The position numbers and the translations under genes are program-made. Positions 1 through 8,256 of a DNA stretch of 13,015 nt are shown here, one piece after another; position 1 is the stretch's first letter, and each line of letters begins with the position of its first letter. The notes below the pieces were generated by a model. That model saw only the letters and a program-made list of their open reading frames with translations. It ran no database searches and was not told where the DNA came from. Origin of the DNA: Azolla caroliniana (taxonomy: Eukaryota; Plantae; Polypodiophyta). Where the stretch lies: the NCBI GenBank assembly GCA_043228905.1, contig JBHGNT010001005.1, forward strand, positions 1 to 13,015. The letters are read 5' to 3'.

Positions 1-59
1 AAGAATGTCTGATTACGGCTAGGCCTAATGGGCCACAAGAGCCCCCACGCGACCCAAGC

Positions 60-465
60 ATGTCGCGGCCAAGTACGAACTTGGACAAAGGCAAAGGTAA
101 GATGCCCGATTACGAAGTCGATCACCCCGACGACAGTGATTCGGATGTGTCGGCTCCCTCACTAGACAGTGAGTTCGGTGTACCCATCATGCGAACGCTT
201 GGCCAGAGTAAAGAAGGCGCTCACATTGGTGAGCGAAAAACTTCGACGCTCATCTAGAGCTAAGAACCCCATCACTCGGCACGGCTACAACGAGTACATG
301 GCCCATCATTACGCCTTTGCGATGAAAGTAGCGGCCGAACAAGAGCCTAAGAGCTCCACCGAAGCGGCTCGTAACCCACGATGGGTGGAAGTAGTCGACC
401 TTCGCCCACACACTACAAGCCTTCGTCACCGGCTTGAGGGGGAGGAACCGAGATTGCCACGGTGA
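60..465 (+). pseudogene. Copia pol remnant: integrase-RT linker joined directly to the RNase H tail; frameshifted
   Basis: ORFs 60-257 and 169-465 are two frames of one decayed reading frame. The EP-x-S-x-x-EA...W motif that normally precedes copia RT is followed at once by terminal sequence, and no RT motifs are present. Confidence 0.8.
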
Positions 466-539
466 AGAAAGCCGAAGGCCAGACGGAAGCACACAAAGCC
501 GACAAAAACCAAAGCGGATGTTGGACACCTCACACTTGA

Positions 540-552
540 GCTTGAGGGGGCG
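540..552 (+). other. Polypurine tract of copia copy 1
   Basis: GCTTGAGGGGGCG abuts the TGTTGAGA LTR start at 553; identical to the reverse complement of 4988-5000. Confidence 0.9.
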
Positions 553-773
553 TGTTGAGAGATCAAGCTCAATTTAGTTTAGTTAGTTAGTCAACAATGT
601 AACTTCGTAGTTACCTAGATAGAATCTGGTTAGAAGTGTTGACTATAACGCCTTAAATAGGACCTTGTACTTAAGTGAGATATTCTAGATCCTCCACTCC
701 TAAGTACATTTAATATAGGACTTACACATTAGTACCTATATTCTACACACACATGTGCACCTTTGCACATTAG

Positions 774-788
774 ATATATATATATATA
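774..788 (+). promoter_or_regulatory. (AT)n run, probable LTR TATA box
   Basis: ATATATATATATATA in the middle of the LTR; a shorter TATATATA lies at the homologous site of the other LTR (4748-4755). Confidence 0.5.
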
Positions 789-874
789 CCTCATTGTGGG
801 TATTTTTGTATTTGATGATGTTAAAACTAATTTAATATACTTACTCATCCCCCATCTTGTGTTGTTCATAAGTG

Positions 875-876
<2 letters not shown>

Positions 877-912
<36 letters not shown>
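877..912 (+). repeat. (TC)18 microsatellite inside the copia LTR, followed by short AC repeats
   Basis: Read directly from the sequence. Confidence 0.97.
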
Positions 913-916
<4 letters not shown>

Positions 917-1384
917 TCTCACACACATACACACATATCACATAATCTTCTGCTTAACTTAATCACATAATTAGGCACTAATTAACTATACTTAATTACT
1001 TACCTAATTCTTAACAGTCATGAATACCTCCTTCAAGACGATCACTTATGACTATTATGCACAGTGAGCCTCTAATTGTTTGGCATTGCTATTCACCCAA
1101 ATTTTGTTACGATGCATAACTTACTAGAATGTGGGGAATTTGTTGGACTTGCTCTCCCAATGGGCAAACTATTGACATCTCGAATAGTGATAGATGATTC
1201 ATTCTTCTTCTTGAAAGCTCTACCCAGTAATATAACTCCAACGATGGAAGACCTATGGATTAATTTATTTTCCTCCATGTTAAGGTCAAACACCAATATG
1301 TGTAGGTGCTTATTTGATGCATTGAAAGACATCTCTTTGGCCTTGGTTGGTACGGCTCAATATTGGAGAAGGAAATGCTTAAAT

Positions 1385-1426
1385 CTTGTTACGTTTATTG
1401 AAGGTTAACTTGTTACGTTTATTGAA
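1385..1426. repeat. Perfect 18-bp direct repeat CTTGTTACGTTTATTGAA with a 6-bp spacer
   Basis: Copies at 1385-1402 and 1409-1426, separated by GGTTAA. Confidence 0.95.
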
Positions 1427-1564
1427 TATCTGAATCTTGGGGTATGGCCAAGTATTAGAGTAAGGAAATGCTTATCCACACTTAGGTTATCCTTTTAGAG
1501 TAGATTCCACACTCACTCTATCAAGGATGGACTTCTTAATTTTGCTTATTTAATATCTCAATGA

Positions 1565-1615
1565 TGATTCCTTTGATTCTTATTGTTTGTCCCTACTACC
1601 ATGTCAAAGGAATCA
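1565..1615. repeat. Perfect 12-bp inverted repeat with a 27-bp spacer
   Basis: TGATTCCTTTGA (1565-1576) and TCAAAGGAATCA (1604-1615). Confidence 0.9.
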
Positions 1616-1650
1616 CTTAATCAATTGTCTCTATTAAACATATATTGCAG

Positions 1651-1960
1651 GTGACAGAATCAAGAAAGGCATGTATTGGGTTTCATGGCATCTATATGTA
1701 CCCCAAAAAGGCTTAGGGGAAATTTGTATGAAAATTGAAGGACATTATAGTTGCTCTATGATTAAATCCCTTGAGAGGTATGTGCACAAAAACTCAACCT
1801 TGTATGAATATAATATGTTATATCATGTAGAAAATGCGCGTATTTTACTGTGGGAAAATGAGATTTATAGCATCATGGCGACACTCTTATGGATCTAAAC
1901 TAATGATGAGAAAGATAATAAGATTCTAAGGGGAAGAAGGGATTATATGTGCTTAACCAC
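1651..1960 (+). pseudogene. Possible highly degraded CACTA (En/Spm) Tnp2 DUF4218-like fragment
   Basis: Mixed-frame translation gives VTESRKACIGFHGIYMYP..., then IKSLERYVHK... and LLWI*TNDEKDNKILRG. This resembles the E-x4-GPV-x2-RWMYP-x-ER...LK-x-YV consensus. Preceded by a TTGCAG acceptor-like site ending at 1650. Weak, by-eye match only. Confidence 0.3.
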
Positions 1961-2543
1961 AATTACCACCGAGAGTGAAGGACATGAGATAAACATAAAA
2001 GACCATTGGTGTCCCACATCACCAAATATTACCTTATGTTATACCTTGGTGCTTAATGCATCCGAAGAGGAGAGCTTCATCTCAACATCATCCCAACAGA
2101 GCCCAACAACTAAGGCTCCTAGACCACCACCTGCTCTCATATGTCATAGGTCCTCTTGGGTCCTAGCATAACTAATTTCCTGACCATCTTAACCGTAATC
2201 CATTAAAATTAGCTTTTAAAGAATTGGTTTGTGAGGTTATGCTTAGAACATATCCTTGTTCCGAAAATATTTAAGAATGTGTGCTCTTTATTCTAAGTGG
2301 CATCCCAAAGAATTTGATCCACAAGAAGGTTGATTCGCAAGAAGGGCATGCACATGCGTAAAGGAAATTTAAAACTGCTCCATAAATATATTGATTTTTA
2401 ACATGTTGAAAAATTGTGGCATGTCCAAAAACACCTAAATAATTGGCAAGACAAACTTACAAAATAGTATACAAAATGAATAACACCTAAATCTATATAT
2501 AGTCGATATTTGACAGTTTAATCTAGAATACAATATTTATAGT

Positions 2544-4529
2544 TCATGAATGAAAATTGTCGCTTTCCAAGTCTATTCCATCATTTTCAGACCCATTTGA
2601 TGAACTTGTAGCACATTGTGAAGTCTCGTCCTCTTCCTCACTGGTGACTAATGCATTGTCTTCATCCAAGTGCAAGCCAACTGAAACGTGGTTATGAGAC
2701 ATGCTTCTTGTTTGTCTTTGTGTTGTTTCTTGTGCTACATTAGGGAGCTTCTCTTTTAATATCTTGATTGTAGTTTGTCTTAGATGACCTATTTTAGTTA
2801 AAGAGAAGTCATACACAAGCAACAGAATCAAATGTGAGAGTTGATATGCTAGGTACATTTTTTCTTCTTCGCTTTTTGCCTATGCCTTCGACGTCCTTGA
2901 CCATCTCTAAAGAATACTTTCCAATAAATGCATCAAGGGAAGTTGTGTGATACCAATGGACCACAATTGACTTAAGGTGATTGCTTTGCTCATTCTTCAT
3001 TATCTCAAGAATCTTAACAACCCAAAATGGATGGTCAAATTCATTATCCCCCGCTAATGATGCAACCAACATCCCAACTTGTAGCTCATGTAAATTTCCT
3101 TGCCATCTTGCCTGGATTGTACGCGATATTCTTGGTCCCATGTAAATATCTCTTTGTTGTGGGTGAACTAGATTATTGAGTTCCATATTATCTACTAATC
3201 GATGCTGAGAGGTGGACACGTTCGGTGGCATACTAACAGTCCATGTGAATGGAATTTGGAGTGGCCAATATCGGGTAATATAGTTCTGTAAAATTGTATC
3301 GAAGAAGATGCCCCACCAATCAACATTCTAGTCACCTGCATACCTCTTCGTTTGTTCAATATTTTTGATTTTGTCCTCAAGGCATTGCTCCCAATATATC
3401 CTTTGCTCTTCAATAGAGATGCTAGAAGCCATTTTCTTACGATCATCGTACGCCATTTGTTCAACACCATGAAGTAAGAACTTACAACCCTCTTGTGGCT
3501 CCCATTGTTTACTCAATGAGTATTGTTTCGCAAACAACAGAGTTGTGTTGTAGCTTATAACATCTCATTTGATTAGGAAGACATGGTTAAAACTAATATT
3601 ATTAAGAGGTGCAAGGACCTTGATCTTCATCCCATCACCTACATTGCAAAAGCGTTTGAAATCATACATTTCATTCAATGATGTACTTCTGGTTTTGGTG
3701 TGTAAGCTTCACTGATCAACTTGGTTAGCATGGGAAGCGCGAAGGCATCACGTCGTGCTAATTTCTTTGAGAATCTGTTGAACATTTGATCTATATGTTC
3801 ATGTGTATGTCCATTGAGCAAGAAGTTTACCTTGATCTTCTTGAATATACCCTTTTCTACTAGCATACTCAAATAACCAAAAACCGTTGAGTTTTTGTTC
3901 TCTCTAGATGTGTTGTCAAGTTGCACATATAGAACATGTGGGAATATACCTGGCCAAGATTGTAACACTCTTTGCATGATTATGACTGTAAGATTAGGGT
4001 CATTGTGAATATTGGGATAGGTTAAGTATACCTATGGCTTTATTTCCTAGGAGTACAACAAACAACCAACTAAATGTATTTGCACAAGGCATTCTTCTCC
4101 AATATCCTTTGACATCCTTTGAAAGTGTGACAAATAGGTTTTCTTTTGACCCATCCCATCAATAATTATACACATATAATTTTCAAGTTATTGAAGAGCT
4201 TTTTGATGGTGATAGTTTTAGAACGTTCCAATGCTTGACTCTCATGATGATCTTTCAACAGTTTTTTGTAATTTTTTATTTCGTCATCAGATTTCCCACC
4301 TTTTGCCATACTCTTTAAACTTGCACAAATTGAACATACACCCATGCGAACCTTATGTGGTATAATGACATTGTTAAATTGCAACCTCCATAATCTATTG
4401 AAATGTTGATATTGTACATAAGGTACACCTTGTACCCCTTATATTCTTGATAAAACTCATGTCGATTAAAGTTATTTGACAAGTGCAATCTCCCAGTAGT
4501 AGGCATGATATCGCAGTGCTTGGAGAAAT
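2544..4529 (-). pseudogene. Sola-like (DUF7869-type) DDD transposase pseudogene, N-terminus cut off by copia copy 2
   Basis: Stitched frames read HCDIMPTTGRLHL...FNRLWRLQFNNVIIPHKVRMGVCSIC...H...ER...MCIIIDGMGQKKT (D at 4158-4160)...LYVQLDNTSRENKN (D at 3915-3917)...FLLNGHTHEHIDQMF (D at 3789-3791). A C-terminal PFWVVKI...VHWY domain and an acidic tail follow. Several stops and frameshifts. Confidence 0.75.
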
Positions 4530-4987
4530 GGTTAATAAGTAGGTAATAAACTAGGGTTAATTAGTGTCTAATTATGTGAGTAGTTGATAACGCAATGGAA
4601 GATTATGTGATATGTGTGTGAGAGGAAGAGAGACAGGAATATAAACTTATGAACAATAATATAAATGGGGGATGATTAACAAGAGTGTAGCTAAAGACCT
4701 TTCTCTATATTAATAAGCATCAAGTTATAGAAATACCCACAATGAGGTATATATACAACTCATGTGCAAGGGTGCACATGTGTGAGTAGAATATAGGTAC
4801 AAGGATGTAAGTCCTATATTAAATAACTTGGTAGTGGAGGATCTAGAATGTATCCCCACTTACGTACGAGTCCAAGAACCTATTTAAGGGTTTAAAATAT
4901 CAACACACTAACTAGATTCTATATAGGTAACTACTAAGTTACGTGGTTAACTAAATGGCTAAACTAAGTTGACTTGATATCTCAACA
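4530..4987 (-). repeat. 3' LTR of copia copy 2 (~458 bp)
   Basis: Minus strand starts TGTTGAGA at 4987 after the PPT and is colinear with 553-1016. The terminal base is altered (...TTAACC), so the end is 4529 or 4530. Confidence 0.85.
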
Positions 4988-5000
4988 CGCCCCCTCAAGC
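4988..5000 (-). other. Polypurine tract of copia copy 2
   Basis: Minus strand reads GCTTGAGGGGGCG next to the LTR. Confidence 0.9.
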
Positions 5001-5080
5001 TCAAGTGTGCGGCATCCGGTTTGTCTATTGGCTTCGTCGGCTTCTGTCTGGCCTTCGGCCTTTCCAAGGTAGTTTCGGTT

Positions 5081-6842
5081 CCTCCCCTTCAAGCCGATGA
5101 CAAAGGCTTGTAGTGTGAAATGGGCGAAGGCCAACTGCTTCCACCCATCGTGGTCACGAGCCACTTCTGTAGAGCTGTCAGGCTCTTGTTCGACCACTAA
5201 CTTCATCGTGAGTGCATAATGATGGGCTATATACTCGTTGTGGCCGAGTCGAGTGATAGGGTTCTTTTGTCTAGATGAGCGTCGAAGTTTTCGTTTGCTA
5301 ATGTGAGCGCCTTTTGTACTCCGGGTGTCGTCATAATGGGTACACCAAACTCACTGTCTAGTGAGCGAGCTGACACATCCGAATCACTATCGTCGGGGTG
5401 GTCGACTTCATATTCGGGCATCTTACCTTTGCTTTTGTCTGATTCGGCCCCTGGCCGAGACGTGTTTGGAATGCTTGAAGGCTCATGTGGTCTACTTAGC
5501 TTGGTAGTTCTTGGATTGTCCTTTGGTAGAGCACTTTGTCGAATATCGTCATCCGAGTTGGCGTTCAACTCTTCCTCGATTAGATCGGGTGGAGCCGAAT
5601 CGGGCTTATAACAAGATGTCGATTCGTCGAAGACTACATCTCGACTCACCCGAACCGCTCGGGTCGAAGGGTTATAGCATTTGTATGCCGTTTTCTTGGA
5701 CAAGTATCCTACGAGGATACATTTCTCCGACTTTGCATCGGGCTTTTGTTGTTTTTCACTCAAGATGTGTACATTTGTATGGGTTGGTCCCCATACATCT
5801 GAATATATTACATCCTTTTGCTTACGTTCCTCTCTTTTGGGAATGGGAGTGAATGTTGTTTGCCGAGTTGACACATTTCTTACACTCGGTCAACTCGTTT
5901 CGACTCAAAGGCCGGAAGTCCGATGATGACTCCCTTTTATTGCATTGCTTGAAGCCATTGGAGGTTTATGTGGCTGATTCTTTTGTGCCACAACTCGATG
6001 TTTGTCTCAGTTTTGAGACCTTTGGCATACATGGCCGATTTCACCTTGTTCGAATCAAGAATGAGCATTTGACCGTTTATACATCCTCTAGCTATGTTGA
6101 AACAAACTTGCATGCCTTGCTCCACGATTTGACCGACCGAGACCAAATTCTTTGTTATTGTAGGAATGTGCAAGATATTCTTGATGCAATTGTTTTTGCT
6201 TTCATTGCCGAATGGAACATTGCCGATGTGTTGAATGGGATGTGTGGTGTCATCTCCCGTCTCTATGTAGCCGGGCCGATCTGGCGTTCTTAGGTGACCA
6301 AAACACTCTTGGTGTGACGTCATATGATGTGAGGCGCCAGAGTCGACGAACCACACGTCTTCCGAGTTGGAGGTGCTTGTGGAGTCGAAGACCGACATAG
6401 AGATCGCTCTATGTCTCATTATGAATAGTCCATCATAGTTGTCGTATTCGGAGTTGGTGGTGTAATTTGTGAGTTGTTGGCTTGACAAAGCTAACTCACT
6501 TCTCTTCTTTTGGTAGTCCTCTTCGCGGTGGCCGATTTTGCCACAATAGGTGCAAGTAGCGGGCCTCGTTTGCCCACGCTTCTTTAGGCATCTTAGCGTC
6601 TCGAATGTGGCTAACCATGTGATCATGGACACATGTTGCCAAGCAATACATTACGTGACTTGGTCCTTGCTCCCACGTTGGTAGTTGGCATTTGTAATGT
6701 CAGGTTTGTTTTTGAGTGCACTGTTGATGTAGCTCCAATACCCTTGGCCGACTAGGTATTGGTTCATCTTGTACTCCCAAGATGAATAATTGCTCCGGTC
6801 TAGCTTTTCACTAGGGAGCAAGCTACCCATTTTTGTGTTCAT
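5081..6842 (-). pseudogene. Copia gag-pol remnant with three large internal deletions and frameshifts
   Basis: In order: KLDRSNYSSWEYKM (Gag N-terminus); HIRDAKMPKEAWAN joined to CTYCGKIGHREEDY (degenerate Zn knuckle); DSGAS protease; WHKRISH; YSDVWGP joined to KPDAKSEKCILVGY...RVSRDVVFDE; EQEPDSSTEVARD...W joined to the terminal GLKGR. Confidence 0.88.
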
Positions 6843-6881
6843 GTTGATGTAGTGTCTTCCTTTTTGGCTTTTCTTCCTTAG

Positions 6882-6904
6882 GTCACGTACACGTGCTACG
6901 TAAC
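6882..6904 (-). other. Leader hairpin with a self-complementary loop (DIS-like), ~40 nt upstream of the gag ATG
   Basis: Sense RNA GUUACGUA-GCACGUG-UACGUGAC: an 8-bp stem (one G-U) and a loop containing the palindrome CACGUG. Function is inferred. Confidence 0.5.
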
Positions 6905-6906
6905 GG

Positions 6907-7383
6907 TGTCGTGAAAATCCACCACTATGTGTGGATCGTGAGGCGGAACTGCCGGGGTTATGGACTGGAAGGAATTAGGGCTCATACGCATAACACAAGC
7001 AAGATTTACACATAAGGAGCATAGGTGAAACAAAACATTAGTTTATTGCAAAATAATAGATTCTTTTATAATATAAGAATCATGTTACAATGGGTTGGAT
7101 GTGAATATGAAGGATTGTTTATAAAGGAATGGGGGAAGAGAGGTGGAGAAAAGAAGAGAGTGGAATATGGAAGCAGTTTCTTTGTTGGTGATGCCACTTG
7201 ATGTTGTTGATCCTTCTTCTTCCGCTTTCCAATTGAGTAGAGCTTCCGCGTTCCTTCTCCCTCCCCCCTTCTTAAAATGAACTCTTATTATAGGTTTAGG
7301 ATTTCTTGCTTCCTTTTTTTTTCCCTAAAAGTTGGTGTATATGAGTCGAGTTTCTTTTTATCACTATTTCTATTCCATAACGT
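6907..7383 (-). repeat. AT-rich gypsy-type LTR, 3' portion (3' LTR or solo LTR of a separate family), interrupted at 7383/7384
   Basis: Minus strand carries TATAATAA (7285-7292), AATAAA (7042-7047) and ends ...TTCACGACA at 6907. Its terminal 50 bp align with the terminus at 7384. No PBS follows. Candidate TSD AACGG (6902-6906). Confidence 0.7.
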
Positions 7384-8185
7384 TGTCGGGATATTACGCA
7401 AGTGCGTGTGGAATAGAGGCGGGACCGCGGGGGCCTTGAACCAAAGAGCAAGCGAGGGAGGAGAAAGAGAGAGAACCGGCTACGCAGGACCGGGGATACA
7501 CAGGGACACGGCCCTTCAGCACGGAGAACGCGAACAGACACCGACACAGACAGATGCGAATGACTAAATATGTGTATTCACAAAATGGCTAACACGACTA
7601 CAACCCTCGATGGGGCACAGGTTGGTTGCAACCGAACAGGCCGGCGAACAGATGCCGATGCCTGTTCGCTTCGACGCACAAACAGGGAAATGGGGGGGGG
7701 GTAGCAGGTCGGAGGTGCTGCCGGAAGCACTCGGGCGTTCCTCGAAACAGCGCGAGCCTTCTCGGAACCCTGCACCGAAAGCTATGGAGCTCCAGAAGGA
7801 AGGAAACAGAGAGAGCGAAGCGTCCAGAAACGGTCCGACAGCACTTCGTCCCCTCCGCGCGAGATCCCTGCAACAGCTGTTTCCCGCTCCTTATATATAT
7901 CTGACGAGCAGGCCGTCCTGTCAGCTTTTATTCCCTGTCCCTTTTAAACAGGGATCCGCTCCGTTTTTCACGCATCCGCGTAGTTACGCCGCCGACTCGT
8001 ACAGTTCGCGCGCGCGACCGAAAAGACTGTTCGCGCGGTCTTTGTCTCCACTTGAGTTAGGGCCCGTTCCTGCCGATTATCCTCCTAATTCGCTTCTATG
8101 TACAACTTGGAGCGTGCGCGCGTGAAGAACCGGTTCCCACGCCTTGGTGCGCCGATTCCGCCTATGGACGGTTTTCTTCACGACA
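7384..8185 (-). repeat. 3' LTR of the GC-rich gypsy element (802 bp)
   Basis: Minus strand starts TGTCGTGA at 8185 right after the PPT and ends ...TCCCGACA at 7384 (7/8 terminal inverted match). GC content drops abruptly below 7384. Candidate TSD AACGT (7379-7383). The start is secure; the end is less so. Confidence 0.75.
7891..7899 (-). promoter_or_regulatory. Probable TATA box of the gypsy LTR
   Basis: TATATATAA on the minus strand, isolated in GC-rich sequence ~290 bp into the LTR. Confidence 0.65.
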
Positions 8186-8198
8186 TCCGCCCCCACCT
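8186..8198 (-). other. Polypurine tract of the gypsy element
   Basis: AGGTGGGGGCGGA directly precedes the TGTCG LTR start, ~60 nt after the pol stop. Confidence 0.85.
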
Positions 8199-8256
8199 AA
8201 CCGCGCATCCTCCGGTATGCGCCAAGAGAGTTGGAACGGAGAAAACCGGCCCGTCT

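Larger units (their letters stand above)
1..1016 (+). mobile_element. Ty1/copia LTR retrotransposon copy 1, internally deleted (non-autonomous); 3' part only, runs off the left edge
   Basis: Post-integrase linker peptides (KGKGKMPDYEVD..., LRRSSR, EQEPKSSTEAARNPRWVE), then PPT GCTTGAGGGGGCG and a TGTT...AACA LTR. Homologous along its length to the reverse complement of ~4530-5520. Confidence 0.9.
553..1016 (+). repeat. 3' LTR of copia copy 1 (464 bp)
   Basis: Starts TGTT right after the PPT and ends TTAACA at 1016. Homology to the inverted LTR at 4530-4987 stops here. The flank GTCAT (1017-1021) is the candidate TSD. Confidence 0.88.
4530..6906 (-). mobile_element. Ty1/copia LTR retrotransposon copy 2, internally deleted (non-autonomous); 5' LTR and PBS displaced by nested insertions
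   Basis: Copia domain order on the minus strand: Gag N-terminus, Zn knuckle, protease (WFVDSGASHHMT), GAG-pre-integrase (ELWHKRISH), integrase ends, PPT, LTR. Confidence 0.92.

Noticed and set aside
729-945. ORFs 729-941 and 763-945
   Set aside because: Translations of LTR microsatellites (ERERER, SLSLSL).
1076-1408. ORFs 1076-1408 (+) and 1093-1332 (-), the latter with LVFDLN resembling a HAD or EAR motif
   Set aside because: A single short motif with no supporting context; cannot be assigned.
1385-1426. CRISPR-like repeat-spacer-repeat
   Set aside because: Only two 18-bp units with a 6-bp spacer, in eukaryotic TE context with no cas genes.
553-4987. One large DNA transposon or composite element with ~460-bp TIRs around a transposase
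   Set aside because: The arms are copia 3' LTRs, each attached to its own PPT and internal region; they are diverged, and the right one interrupts the transposase.
7685-7707. G10 run as a G-quadruplex
   Set aside because: It does not provide four separated G3 tracts; most simply a homopolymer.
7277-8125. ORFs inside the LTRs, including 7610-8125 (171 aa), as possible env-like or accessory genes
   Set aside because: They lie in GC-rich LTR sequence, some span the junction of two elements, and none shows transmembrane or domain signatures.
6907-8185. A single 1279-bp LTR with perfect 9-bp terminal inverted repeats TGTCGTGAA...TTCACGACA
   Set aside because: Disfavoured but not excluded: a second homologous LTR terminus at 7384, the sharp GC switch there and two separate TATA boxes fit two nested LTRs better.
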